From contig OZ037846.1 in assembly GCA_964035575.1 (NCBI GenBank), positions 1,302,001 through 1,366,000 on the forward strand: a stretch of DNA of 64,000 nucleotides, written 5' to 3'. This document shows, piece after piece, positions 1-12,454 of this stretch. Below the pieces are notes generated by a model that was not told where the DNA came from, searched no databases, and worked only from the letters and a program-made list of their open reading frames with translations. Numbering within the stretch: the stretch's first letter is position 1; each line of letters starts with the position of its first letter. Both the position numbers and the translations under genes were made by a program. The DNA comes from Rhynchopus sp. YZ270_cl-10 (taxonomy: Eukaryota).

Positions 1-3
1 AAT

Positions 4-1236
4 ATGGACCTGGCGATCCATTGTTTTGATGGAAGAATCGGCAGTGTTGAGGTAGATGAGGATGATTCCCCGATGGAGCTGCGCGCAAAGATTGCGTTTT
101 CGCTGGATCTCCGTGAGGACAGCTTTCACATAAACAGCGCTGATGGCGACAACGAGAACATCAACGTCAGACACCTGAGCGCAGGAGACGCCTTGACACT
201 CAAGGAGACAGCGAAATACGTTGCAGTCTCCGCGCTTCATGCTAGAGGGCAGACCGATCTGACATCAGAGCTTTTGTCAACAGTGCGCGATCCTGCTGTT
301 GCTTCCTTTCTCTTGCAGGCAGAGGTTTCAACGATAATACCAAACAAATTTCTGGCAAAATCTCCATCATTGCAGATTCTGGATTTAAGCGAAGCGGTAG
401 GAGTGACTATCATTGAGGCAGATTTTTTGGCAGATTGCTCCGGGTTAAGGTCAATCAATCTGTCAGGTCTGTCTTCCGTTGTTTCGATTGGAAGCGGCTT
501 TATGGAAAACTGCACTTCAATAAAAAAAATTGATTTGGTACCGTTCCGCTCCCTCGAGTCGATTGGAGACAGCTTTCTTCATGGGTGTACCGCGTTAATG
601 GAGGTGGGCCTTTCAGATCTGAATGTATCGCATATAGGCCATAATTTTCTCTCAGATTGCACAGCGTTGGAAATGGTTAACCTCTCTGGACTCCGCAGGG
701 TTGCTTTATTGAAACACAATTTTTTGTCAAATTGCTCTTCTCTCAAGGCGGTGGATCTTTCCGCGTTAAATGAGGTGAGACGGATATGGTATGGATGTCT
801 CTGTGACTGCAGCGCGTTAGAATCGGTCGATCTATCCGGGTTTGCGAATGTCACGCAAATTGGCGGGAGGTTTCTCGCAGAGTGTAGGTCCCTAAAACAC
901 ATCAATCTTTCTGCGTTGCGCAACGTCTCGCAAATCGAAGGGAATTTTTTGCGAAACTGCAAGATTTCTAATGTCGTTCTAACCCCTCTGAAGAACGTCA
1001 GCCACGTTGGACACAATTTTATGGAGAATTGCGAGGTTAGGGACATCTCAGAATGTAACGATGTTATTGCGCGGAGTGTACAAAGGGGGAGAAAGAGTGT
1101 TCTTATACGACAGGGTTGCGAGATGACAACACATAAAACCTCTGCATCCGAGCCAGCGCACGATGTGTCCAGGTCCATGTGGTCCCAGGTTCTCGAGGAT
1201 GCCATGTTGTGGGTGGAGCAGCTTTGCCAAGAATGA
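4..1236 (+). CDS. Leucine-rich-repeat protein with probable N-terminal ubiquitin-like domain
   Basis: 410-aa intronless ORF with about ten ~24-aa repeats of the form LxxIGxxFLxxCxxLxxVDLSGL. The N-terminal ~70 aa (LAIHCFDGRIGSVEV...LRAKIA...LSAGDALTL) is Ubl-like by pattern only. Confidence 0.9.
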   Translation: MDLAIHCFDGRIGSVEVDEDDSPMELRAKIAFSLDLREDSFHINSADGDNENINVRHLSAGDALTLKETAKYVAVSALHARGQTDLTSELLSTVRDPAVASFLLQAEVSTIIPNKFLAKSPSLQILDLSEAVGVTIIEADFLADCSGLRSINLSGLSSVVSIGSGFMENCTSIKKIDLVPFRSLESIGDSFLHGCTALMEVGLSDLNVSHIGHNFLSDCTALEMVNLSGLRRVALLKHNFLSNCSSLKAVDLSALNEVRRIWYGCLCDCSALESVDLSGFANVTQIGGRFLAECRSLKHINLSALRNVSQIEGNFLRNCKISNVVLTPLKNVSHVGHNFMENCEVRDISECNDVIARSVQRGRKSVLIRQGCEMTTHKTSASEPAHDVSRSMWSQVLEDAMLWVEQLCQE

Positions 1237-1548
1237 AGACGTAGTGTGCGTGGAAGAGTAGTGGGAAGGGCAGTGGGGGTGTGTTTGCAGCCTCCCGGTG
1301 TTGTTTTGTTGTTAAGGGGGGGGTAAAATGGAAGGGAAAAAATGTCACAAAAAAGTGTTTCTGAGATAAAAATGACCCCAAGAAGAGGGGGATCGCGCTT
1401 GGAAATACAACAGGGTTATGGTTTTGGGGATGGAAACGATCCTTTTTTGCTATTATTGTTTGAACATCTCTTGGTCTGTGACTTTTGGATGTCCGGTGAA
1501 GGCATTTCGATCAGGTTTTAATTTCTTTATTTCTTGGGAAAAGTCACT

Positions 1549-4034
1549 TAGTGCCCAAGTTTGTTGTACCCATTTAGGATAATACCCAGTGGGTATTATC
1601 CTAAATTATTTGGGTATTATCCTAAATTATTTTGGGTATTATGGGTACTGGGTACTGGGTACTGGGTACTGGGTACTGGGTACTGGGTACTGGGTACTGG
1701 GTACTGGGTACTGGGTACTGGGTACTGGGTACTGGGTACTGGGTACTGGGTACTGGGTACTGGGTACTGGGTACTGGGTACTGGGTACTGGGTACTGGGT
1801 ACTGGGTACTGGGTACTGGGTACTGGGTACTGGGTACTGGGTACTGGGTACTGGGTACTGGGTACTGGGTACTGGGTACTGGGTACTGGGTACTGGGTAC
1901 TGGGTACTGGGTACTGGGTACTGGGTACTGGGTACTGGGTACTGGGTACTGGGTACTGGGTACTGGGTACTGGGTACTGGGTACTGGGTACTGGGTACTG
2001 GGTACTGGGTACTGGGTACTGGGTACTGGGTACTGGGTACTGGGTACTGGGTACTGGGTACTGGGTACTGGGTACTGGGTACTGGGTACTGGGTACTGGG
2101 TACTGGGTACTGGGTACTGGGTACTGGGTACTGGGTACTGGGTACTGGGTACTGGGTACTGGGTACTGGGTACTGGGTACTGGGTACTGGGTACTGGGTA
2201 CTGGGTACTGGGTACTGGGTACTGGGTACTGGGTACTGGGTACTGGGTACTGGGTACTGGGTACTGGGTACTGGGTACTGGGTACTGGGTACTGGGTACT
2301 GGGTACTGGGTACTGGGTACTGGGTACTGGGTACTGGGTACTGGGTACTGGGTACTGGGTACTGGGTACTGGGTACCCAGAGAAGGCACCTTGACAGCAG
2401 CGAAGGCGCAAGACAAGGTATGTAAATATGTTAACTTTATGGTGAATATTCAACAAAGTAAGGCCGTCGACTCGTATTTCCTCCAAAAAGTCTCCAGAAC
2501 AATATTTTACACCCTCAGGCCAACTTATTTTTTAAAGAAATCACCTTCTTTAAATTCCCCACCACTCACAACTTCACTTTTAAACAGGTATCGCGAGTGC
2601 AACATCGAGAACCAACTGTGCAGAACGAGCGAACATATGGGGTGGAAAGGGGGGTGGGAACACTCTGTCAGTCACTGCTATTGCCATTAACCCAGGGAGC
2701 ATAGCTAGTGCAAGAAATTCGACTTTGGAAACCTTCCGGAAAGTCTGTCCTCTGCTTGCGGAGGACGAGGCACAAGAAAATATTGCGTTCCCCCAGAAAA
2801 CCAGTGCACATTTCACACTCCTTGTGGGTAGTCTTGTTGCCTTTTTTGTCGAGTAATTTTGGCCCAGGCATGCTCTTGAAGCATGACAATTTAGTGTGTA
2901 TGGGGCAGGGTGTTGTTTTGTTCTGAATTCTCTTTGTTATAACATCTAAGTCAATCGCGGGTGGTGGTTTGTGTAGCGTGAGGCACTCTTTTTAGCAAAC
3001 TTCCTGCGGCTGCTAAAGTGTTATTTCTTCGGATTTAACAACGTACAGCGTAACATAGTGGTTTAGCCTGGTCGACACAACCTTTGATAGATACGGGATA
3101 ACCAACCCCCTTCGACCCCTCGTGGGTTCACTGAACAAGCCCTAGTGGTAGTTAAACGCGATTGACATTTACATTCCAGAGATGAAAGAACAAGATAACA
3201 CTTCTGTACCCGCGCATCAAAATTGTGGAAAACTTTGCACCCCAAACACCCTCAACAACGCCCGCCAAAAGGCGCCCCTTGTTGCTGGGAGTTGTTCTCA
3301 TGTTTGATACCTGCACAGCGGGCATTCCTCTGAGTCCAACGCATGTTTGGCCTGTCTGCGGTGTTGTACTTCAGGTGCACGAAGACAGGGTCTGGTGGTA
3401 AATTTTGCGTAGTGTCGCATTCCCTCATGTGTGGGTCACTCACACTTGGCGGTCATGTGCCACTGCGTGGGTCTGGGAATTTGGGTACCTGGGTACAGGA
3501 AATTTGTTGTGGAAGACATCAACCACCATGCATTGAGGAGGGTAACACAGTGTTCGCAGTTTCTACCTGATAGCATTACAACATTTAACTTCTCCACGGG
3601 GGTCTTGGGCCGTTCACTCGGTTCTACCTTGACTACCGGAAGATATTCTTGAGGCCTTTTTGGTCTCTAGAATATCCGGTCTTCCCGAACGGAGGCACAC
3701 TTTGTGTGTTACTACGACCTGGCAATTTCCAGCAGTAGGTTAAGTAATCTTTCTTGTAAATTGTTGGATCATTATCTCCTCAGTGCATGAATGCCCCACG
3801 TGACTGGACACTTTTGTGTTTGTCATGTGGAGCTGTGGTTGCTCTTTCACGACTTTTTTCCTGTTCCTGGGTACCTGTTCCTGGACCTGGACCTGGGTAT
3901 CTGGGTACCTGGGTACCTGGGTACCTGGGTACTGGGTACCCAGTACCCAAAAATAATTTAGGATAATACCCAAATAATTTAGGATAATACCCACTGGGTA
4001 TTATCCTAAATGGGTACTAGAAACTTGGGTACTA
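1549..4034. mobile_element. Non-autonomous TIR element carrying the (GGGTACT)n array and shared cargo
   Basis: ~90-bp inverted repeats TAGTGCCCAAGTTTG...GGGTATTATCCTAAATTAT (from 1549) and ...ATAATTTAGGATAATACCC...AAACTTGGGTACTA (to 4034). No TSD longer than a possible TA. Confidence 0.8.
1642..2376 (+). repeat. Perfect 7-bp tandem array (TGGGTAC)x105, G-quadruplex-prone
   Basis: 735 bp of uninterrupted units; source of the GYWVLGT/STQYPVP pseudo-ORFs. Confidence 0.98.
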
Positions 4035-4712
4035 GCCTAATTACCCCTTATTTCTTTCTTTTTTGGTTTTGTTTTTTTTTTTAGTTTGGTTTATTGTTTT
4101 TTGGTGGTTCTGTTTTGTTCCATATTGTTGTTGTCAAGGTGACTAAGCACGATGCTTAGATTCATCTTTCGTTGTTTTTGTTTAGTTTTTATTTCTGTTC
4201 TTCTTCTTCTTCTTCTTTCAAAGGGATACTGAAACCACAAAAAAATGACACAAAAAATCACAAACATTCACAAAAAAAAATCACAAAAGATTCACTGAAT
4301 ATGTTTCTTTAGTGGTGGTGCCTGGTGAATCTTTTCGTTTGTGGATGTCTGTGGCTCACCTCGTATCCCCCTAATCTCAGTTGTTGGCAATAAACCAAGG
4401 TGCAGCACACCTTTCCTTCCGCCCCTGACTACACAAAGGGAGCAAGAAGCGAAGGGGGAAACTGCCCCAGTTTTTGCTTTTTTCTTATTCTTTTTTTTTA
4501 AGATTATGATAAGGTGACTAAGCAAACGAGAGGCTTAGGATCATCTTATAAACTTTTCTTTTTTTTACTGGGGGGGGGGGCGAATAAGAGATATGGCATC
4601 TATAAAGATTGGAGGCAGCGCTGCGGGGCAAACAAAACGGATTGAAAAAAGACAGAAGCTTGCTTGTTTTGTTTGAGTACTCAATTAACCACACACAACC
4701 GTACTTCAGTGT

Positions 4713-5792
4713 CAGGCTATTTCCTAACTCTGGGGCGTTTTTTCCAAAATTTCGAAAAAGAAATGCAAAAAAAGTGCGGCATTTTCGTGAGGTTTTTTTC
4801 CTGCCCAAGAGGGCGTTTTGTTGCATTTCCGAGCCAATCCCGGCTTGTGGTGGGGCATATTTGGAAAAATGGACAAAAATTTAGTGACTTAAATTTTCGC
4901 AAAATATGAACCCATACTCGTAAACAAGGGTCATTTTCAGGAAAATTCGGAAAATTCCGACATTTGGAAGCAATTTTCCCCCTGAAAAAAACAGTGGGTT
5001 TTCAGCTCCAAAACATACTGCGATTGGAATTTCCGGAATCCGCCCGCGCTGTGGTGGGGTCACTTTGCCGAAATGGCCAAATTCTTGGTTTTGGTCAAAA
5101 TCCATGTAGGGTAAAGAGGGCCAAGGTAAATCCCACAACCAAATTTTCTCTCCCTGATCCTGACGTCTTGCAACATGAAAATGCCCGAAAACACCGGCAT
5201 TTGCATTTCCGGAATCCGTGCGTTGTGTGGTGGGGTCAATTTTCCGAAATGGACAAGTTCTTGGTTTTGGTCAAAATCCGTCAGTGTAAGGTAAAGGGGG
5301 CAAGTGTTTGCCTGTAGAAACTGGTAGGGAACAAGAAGCGCCGCAGGCGCACGGTACCCAACTTTTTTTTTTTGTACCTTTTCTCCACTTTCTTTTGATT
5401 GCACGAGTTGATTGCTCTCCACGGTGGGGTCATATGTGTCCAAAAACACTCTAAGGTACTATTATTCTGAAATAAGATTCAATGGTTTCTTAAGGAATCC
5501 TCATATCGTGATATCTCTGAAAACCCTCGAAAACGAACCCCGCCGGAGGCGGCTTTTTTTTATACACATGTGCGCAAAAATACTTTTTTCTTGCTTATTT
5601 CGCACATTTGGGAGCACGGGACCCCAACATTTTTTTCCCTGGTCACTTTTTCCCAGACAGAAGTGCCCTACCTACCTTCCCCCTTAGGCGAAAAAAAAGT
5701 GCGGCAACCGGGAAAATTGGTCGGTAAAAAAAGTGCGGCATTTCCAAAATCTCAAATCCTAAAATCGAAACTCAGATTTAGGAAATAGCCTG
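4713..5792. mobile_element. hAT-type non-autonomous element
   Basis: TIR CAGGCTATTTCCTAA; 8-bp TSD TTCAGTGT at 4705-4712 and 5793-5800. Confidence 0.9.
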
Positions 5793-5914
5793 TTCAGTGT
5801 AACACATTTTTTTTTTTTTTTTCACCTTTTTGTTTTCCGGCTTTGAGCGCACAAGCAAAATACCCGATAATCCTTTTTCAGGTATTTTTTTTTTGCATAC
5901 TGTGAATAGGAGAT

Positions 5915-6021
5915 CCACCTGATTTTTACCCCGCGGATAGGGCCGGATATGTCCGGATAGGGCGAGCATAGACCGGATAGGGCCAAAAGCCGGTTTCTTT
6001 TTTAGGGGTAAAATCAGGTGG
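5915..6021. mobile_element. ~107-bp MITE family (CCACCTGATTTTTACCCC termini)
   Basis: Other copies at 23564-23671 (5-bp TSD ATTGA) and 60045-60151 (GTCGC/GTTGC); right-end fragments near 13316-13405 and 59097-59116. Confidence 0.8.
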
Positions 6022-6564
6022 GAAAACCCATAAATATTATCTCCTCTTCCCTGCAAAGAACAGGCCAAAAACCCCACCAAATCTCAACCCCCTTATCTCT
6101 TATTCGCCCCCTTCCCAGTATTCACAATATTGTCCTTTTCCTACTTTACATAAAACAATTTGTCTTTTCCCTTTTTGCGTGTTTCATATGGTAACACATA
6201 CCTCTTCAGAGGGGACAAACCCAAGGGGTGACCAGAATGTGCTTTATGCCTTATTCTCATTCAGAGCATTGGTTTGTCCCCAAGAGAGAGTCGGGTTTTC
6301 GTCTCGGATGACTCCCACGTAGTGTTAGCAAACCTGCGTGACAGAGCTGTCGGGGCTTCAGCGTTTTCCACCCCCCTTCTCCCCCCCAATATAGTTTTGG
6401 CTTGGTGCTTGGAAATAGGCCCAATTCCTTCGTGGAAGCAACAAGAATCTTCATTATCTTCATTACATCCTGAAGGCAAATTAAAAATAAATAAAATACA
6501 AAACAGTTGGAAAAGAGGAAATATAATCGATGGAAGGTGCCTGCAAAAGGGGGGGGGTTTTTTT

Positions 6565-6667
6565 TTATACCCTACAAAAGCAGAGCTTGAAAGGAGAAAT
6601 AGTTCTTCAAGATACGGTCGCCAATCATCTCCCCTCTAACAGGGTTGGGTAATTGAGCAATCAACGG
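6565..6667 (+). repeat. Short structured repeat family F5
   Basis: TTATACC...AGGAGAAATAG...GGTCGCCAATCA...ATTGAGCAATC; other copies at ~10451, ~30666, ~59619, all on +. Confidence 0.8.
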
Positions 6668-7810
6668 AAAAAAAAAGTCTTTTTTATTTTCCTATCAGAG
6701 TTACTATTTTTCGTTTTAGTCGTTTTTAGTATTTTTGTGGTGCTCACTCTCACTCATACGGATGGGGGAAAAAGCAACAGATTTTTTTTTGCGGATAAAC
6801 GAAAGTTTTTTTTCTCTCTTTTCCTTCTTCTGATTCCCTCTTCATATCTTTGACGGCAGATTCCATTTCAAGGTGAACCCAAGCAAGGCAAGGCTTGGGT
6901 TATCTTTATATAACATACTATGCACACGCCCCGAGGGGGGCAAAATACCTCCTGAATAAATAAATACTCCAGACTGAGTCCAGGCTGAGTCTGGACTGAC
7001 TCACTCAGCCTGGACTCACCCCGGGTAAATATAACTCAGCCTGGACTCAGCCAAAACTCAGGCTGAGTCGGCCCGACTCGGCTGTTCTATGTTATATGTT
7101 ATACTTTTTTCATTTTGTTCACTTTGCTATCATAACCACAACAAACATAAAAAAAAAAAAAAAGCAAGGGTACTTTTTTAGCACCCTCTGTACCTTCTTT
7201 TCATGAGAAAAAGAATGTAAATTTATATGAAACACTACTTTTCTATATTTTTTTTGGACTAGATCTATCTTCTCGCTAACTAAACCTTTCCCTTTTCCTT
7301 TTCCTTCTCCTTTCCTTCTTGTTGTGCTCGGAGAACCTGATTGCCTGCGCCCACAAGAGGCATGTGCACTTTTCAACTTCTCTTTGTTGTTCGACTACGA
7401 GATGACTAGGTTCATCTTCTTTTTTTTTTTTTTTTGTGTTTTTCATGGTGGTTTTTGCAGGGTACTTTTGTGCTTTCATCCATGGCTGGCATCGTGCGTG
7501 GGTCAGTCGGAGGTGCCTGCATCAACAACTACAGTTTTTTTTTTTTTGTCGGGTTACGGTGTCATAGTCAGCCGCCTCCCGCAATCCCTAATCTCAGCGT
7601 CAAAAAAGCACGAATGTCTGTGAACCCTGCTGCCCCAGACAGCGTGGTTCTCAGGTGTTTGTTCTAACTGATGTGGTTTTGATTTTATTTTATTTTTGTC
7701 ATTTTTTTTTTTTTTTCGTGTCTACATCCCAAGAGGATTCTTTGCACAGTCCACTTCAAATACACTCTTCTTTATTGAAACACCCCTCCCCTTTTTGCAG
7801 TTTTCATATG

Positions 7811-8423
7811 GGTCGATGCGTAAAACCCCCCCTCCCCTAAATTTCACTACGATTTTTGAGGTTTTACCAGAAATCAGTGCCGAAAACTGCCCAGAACCAC
7901 CCCCAAAACCATTTTCAGGCGGGTTTTGGGGCTTTTGGGAAAAAATATACTTATTTTGACCCATTTTGGGGTATTTTTGCGTGTTTTTGGGCTATTTTTA
8001 CTCCCTACCCCCAGAACAGATAGACACATAAAGAATGCCCAGAGTTGGACTCAACAGCTACCTTGATGGTGTCCAGGAATGTGTGAGGAGCACGATCCTG
8101 TCCCTCAAGACGAAGAAGAGATGACAGAGGCCCTTCACCGCATGGCTAAGAGAACGCGGTCTTTTATTTCTTCAGTTTCCTCAGTTTCACATACAACGTG
8201 TAAAACCTGTGGTAAGACGGGCCACAATACACCTACATGTCCAAAAAAGCGTCGCACATCATAAAAAAGACCCCAAAACACCCCCCCAGGGTCCCCAGGC
8301 CCCCCAGACCCCCCAAACACCCCTTGTACATGCACCTCGACCTCTCATAGCCTCCCAACAGAAATAAAAAAAAATCAAAAATCGTAGTGAAATTTAGGGG
8401 AGGGGGGGTTTTACGCATTCACC
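7811..8423 (+). mobile_element. Internally deleted DNA transposon with CCHC zinc-knuckle remnant
   Basis: ~50-bp TIRs flanked on both sides by CATATG. ORF 8079-8264 ends CKTCGKTGHNTPTC (CX2CX4HX4C), typical of transposase C-termini. Confidence 0.75.
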
Positions 8424-8493
8424 CATATGAATCTCAAGTTTTCAAAAAATGCGCGGAGCTCACAAAAACGCGAAAACAAAGCGAGATCAATTA

Positions 8494-8913
8494 CAGTGGT
8501 TAAAGAAAGTTCCGCCTAAGAAAAGTGCCCGCCTAAGAAAAGTTCCGCCTAAAGTAATTTCCGCCATCGATTTCAATTCCGCCATTAGTTTAGGCGGGGA
8601 TTTATTTTATGCCCAAAAAAAATTTTTTTGAGGATTTTTTCCTAAGGATTCTGGGGGAGTTCTGCGTGAAATTGTGCCAAAACCAGAGCAAAACAGAGAG
8701 ATCCAACCATTTTGAGCTTTGTGTGTGATTTTATTTTTATGGAATGTTTTCTTTTCTTTTCATTTTTATTTTCTGGTCGAAAAAATCTCCTAAGGTGGGG
8801 GAAAAAATAAGTTACCCCCTTGCAAAAGTGTCCGCCTAAGAAAAGTTAAAGTAATTTCCGCCATCGATTTCAATTCCGCCATTAGTTTAGGCGTAAACTT
8901 TCTTTAACCACTG
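8494..8913. mobile_element. Tc1/mariner(pogo)-like MITE
   Basis: TA|CAGTGGTTAAAGAAAGTT...AACTTTCTTTAACCACTG|TA; subterminal CCGCCTAA repeats. Confidence 0.88.
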
Positions 8914-9126
8914 TATATTCAAAAAAATTTCACAAAGCATTGTATCACAAAAAGCACGGATTTCCACGCTCAAAATAGGTTTTCCGTGCTGCATACTTTA
9001 TACACCCCGGATACTCAATATGCACCGTATTCTTCAATAGGCGACCCCCAGTAAGATAAATGCCTGATTATTCAAAGAGCCTGACCCAAGCCTCTCTCGT
9101 CCGGTCGCGTACCATGGGTTTCTATT

Positions 9127-9253
9127 GATCCTGGTCGTTACCTGAGGAGTGGAGGCGGGAGTAGGACGTAGTAGCGGTATCCACGAAACTAGAGATCAGC
9201 GAGGAATCGGCTGCGTGGAGCTCGCACGAAAAACAAAGCGAGGTGTCTACACG
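9127..9253 (+). ncRNA. Repeated structured element with hammerhead-ribozyme-like core (putative)
   Basis: CTGAGGA (9142) - GTGGA/TCCAC stem - GAAAC (9185); upstream GATCCTGGTC can pair with ACTAGAGATC. Second copy 61963-62085; diverged copy 57422-57513 lacks the core. Confidence 0.4.
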
Positions 9254-9961
9254 TTGGCAATTATTTAATTTTTCAAAAAAAAGAGGCCTTTTTCGAGTGA
9301 ACTTTTTGGAAAGTGGAGATTGCACAACTGGCAACACAAACCGAGGGCAACTACGCTACTCCAAAAATTTACCAAAAAATGAAAAAGGCTGTCAGCCCAG
9401 AGTCGATGTACTCTGCCACACCTTGGGGGGAGGTGTGCGGGCTGTACCCCTGCTTTTTTTTTTCCCCTCCATCATCTTTTACTACAAGGGCGGCCTCTGA
9501 GCCGTAACCTACAAACAACCTCCTTGCGACAGCAAAGAAGTACCGGGAGTGTTCCGCACTCACGAGAAACTTATCGTGGCGAAGGGGGGGTTTTTTTTTT
9601 CATAAAAGTTGCTCTTAAGGGTTCAGGACGACTGACGTCTGTACCTTCCGTAGTACAAAAGGCTTCGGCCAAACATTGAATACAAACCCTAGGTTCCCCA
9701 AGTGGGTCCTTAGGTGATTGTCGATACAAACAACAACAAAAAATATATCAGCCTTTCCCAGGGTGTGCTTTTTGAGCTCGGAAAGCAGCAGGAGAGGGTT
9801 TTCCTGGAAAAAATCTTGCTGCTCACAAATCTCGAAAAAAACCCCCCCTCGAAATTGCACCTATTCAGAATCAGGGCTGGAAAGGCTTCAAAAAAACCTC
9901 TTTATGCTTATGTACAGTGGAGCTCATTCTTGGGTGTCTACACTAATACAACTAAGTTATA

Positions 9962-10328
9962 CCGTAATCGTAAGAATTCTGGGGCGTAAAATTTTTGGGA
10001 CGTAAATATTCTGGGACGTAACAAAACTGGGACATTTTGGACTTTTTTAAACTTGGGACATTTTTACGTCCCAGAATTGTCTGTGTGACCTTCCCCCCTG
10101 CACTTCGGTGCAAACCCAAACATGTCCAACAAACAAAAAAAAATATACATACTTGGGCCGGTTATGATCCCTCCGCCAACCAGCCGCACCCCACCACCCA
10201 CACCCCAAAAAATTGACAAGTACCCGGAAAACCGCCCGAACAATTCTGGGACGTAACAAAACTGGGACAATTGGGGGAAAATCTGAAACTTGGGACATTT
10301 TTACGCCCCAGATTTTTTACGATTACGG
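9962..10328. mobile_element. TA-target MITE (CCGTA termini)
   Basis: TA|CCGTAATCGTAA...TTACGATTACGG|TA; internal TGGGACGTAA repeats. Confidence 0.88.
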
Positions 10329-11035
10329 TATAAAAAAGAGAGAAGAAATATTTTTATGCTTCATTCACTCGAACAACCCCTCTCCCCTAAGAAGGAGCAC
10401 GGATGAACAACGCAACACCTTCCCTCTCACAAATGAGTATACATTTTTCTTTTTATACCTACAAGCGTAGCTCAAAAGAGAAATAGTTCCTCAAGATACG
10501 GTCGCCAATCATCCCCTCCAACAGGGTAATTGAGCAATCAACGAAAAAAACCTTTTTTTTTTCCTTTTACTTACCCTATCAGACATACTTGGACCGCCCG
10601 AAATATATTTCGGGCATTTCGGGCGAATTAGGGGCGGATTTCGGGCGATTTTGTGCGCCCGAAGTCGCCCGAAAACGCCCGAAGTCGCCCGAAATGCAGA
10701 TTTCGGGCGAATTCGGGCGCTTTTTCCTTAGTGAAAACCGACTAGGTAGGGTTCTACTCATTTTCGCAAAAAACTTTTTATATTTGGAAGTATTTGACAT
10801 ACAAGTATAACGGCCGTCACGACGGGGAAATTTTTTTTTTGTCGGGGAGGTCACGGCCGTGAAGAAAATCTGAAAAATTTAACGGCCGTGAAATTTTGCA
10901 TTGATCACGGCCGTGAAATATTTCCACGCTTTTTGCTTGTTTCTTCTTTTTCGTTCGTAGACAGGGCCAACCCCTTTCCCATCCCTCCCAAGTCATTCTT
11001 GGGGGGTAAAAGCAACATAAAAAGTGCAAAAAAAA

Positions 11036-11239
11036 AGTCGGCCCCACTGCGATCGGGAAGCTGACGACACGAATGAGCACTTATGGTGGTCCTGCCCTGC
11101 CTGCGATGCTATACGCTCAGATCCTAGTTTCCACTCCGTCACAACTGCTGACAGGTCGCCGTGGCCTAACTGTGTGTCGAACTGTGGAGTTATCCCTACT
11201 GCCCTGAAGGACAGTATTGATGCTACCTCCAGCGTCTGA
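11036..11239 (+). pseudogene. Non-LTR retrotransposon C-terminal zinc-finger remnant
   Basis: RPHCDREADDTNEHLWWSCP resembles the CxxC...DTxEHLxWxCP motif found downstream of LINE reverse transcriptases (first Cys lost). Confidence 0.6.
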
Positions 11240-12454
11240 TGGGGAGCATCCTCATACACCGGTTGTCTCTGAACAACAGCCTCCGTATCAACAATCTGCC
11301 AGTCACGCCTGGAGAAGTTTTTGGGGTGCCTCGGAGGTCTTTATACAATGCAATGTGTCCTAGTTTCGAGTACGAAACGTTTCTCCATGCATTGCACGGG
11401 AAACAATATGACAAAACAGGTGCAGGGTGGTTCCGTACTTATCATAGAACCTGGCACCTTGTGTGTCTCCCAAAGACCAAAAAAGCGTTGTGAAGTTTTG
11501 AAGGAAGGAAAAATAAAACGTATCAACAATCTGCCACTCACGCCTGGAGAACAGCTCAGCTGCAACCTTTGTTCCGCCCCCACTATGACTTCGACCGGAT
11601 TCCACTCTCACAGGAAATGGACTTATCCAAACCATCACCTGCGTGCCCTGCTGCGCTCCTGGCTCTCTTGGTCTCCCGCTGCCCGCTTACGTTTTCACCC
11701 TACTGTGAATTGTAGTTGGAGCGTGTGGCATTTCTGAGCACTTGTACGTGCTCCCGGTTCTTCAGAGTAGCATATTTCTCGTGTTTCAGCACTTGTAACC
11801 GGTTCTTGAGCAAAGTACTCTTCTCATATTTGATGGGCTTTCCGTTGTGGAACACACATCAATACTGTGAGACGAACCTCATCTGTGTTGAACCATTTGC
11901 GGTGTTCTTCAGCTTCCAGTGCAAAATCTTCCGACAGAATCAGCACACCATTGAACAACTATCCTCCGTCTTTTTTGTCGGAAAATAGACCGCATCACGT
12001 TCTGCACACCTCTGGATCTTCTTCGCTACGTTGGCGAGATACGCGCAGAGGGAGGGGTCCACCCTTTTGCTCCCGTGAACTTGTACTGTTTGCCCGATGT
12101 TTTCTTTGGCACAAGAGTGATGAACGGGGTTGAGTGAGTCCAAACACATCCTTCTCGGGCAAAGACTAATAATTGAGGTTGTGAGACGCTCAGGATGCTG
12201 CGAATTCAGTATGCAGAACTGAAAGGCAGTGTTGAAACCAGAAGATTACAGATGGTGGGTCAGATGCTGTGTCACTTACCCCATCAGGTAGATGAGAGCC
12301 AGCACCTTCAGAGCAGTGAACACAACACACCGTGGGTACAATACATGTGCCAAAAGGCAACAAGACCCTACAAGGAGTACCCAGTACCCAGCGCAGTTTT
12401 CTGTGCGATATCACTTAACCGGTCCTCTCCTGCCCTACCCTCCTTTTCTTCAGG

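Noticed and set aside
1642..2376. Telomere
   Set aside because: Internal, embedded in TIR elements with unique sequence on both sides; the unit is not a telomere repeat I can confirm.
1561..2690. Long GYWVLGT / STQYPVP ORFs (also 36902-38180) and VYLCTCVP ORFs (54843-55553)
   Set aside because: Stop-free translations of 7- and 8-bp tandem arrays, open in all frames.
3772..3790. Hammerhead on the minus strand of the fold-back module (CTGAGGA)
   Set aside because: No stem II closing before a GAAA; the motif is part of the terminal helix.
6950..7090. TIR element made of ACTCAGCC/GGCTGAGT repeats
   Set aside because: Looks like one transposon end only; no matching partner TIR or TSD found.
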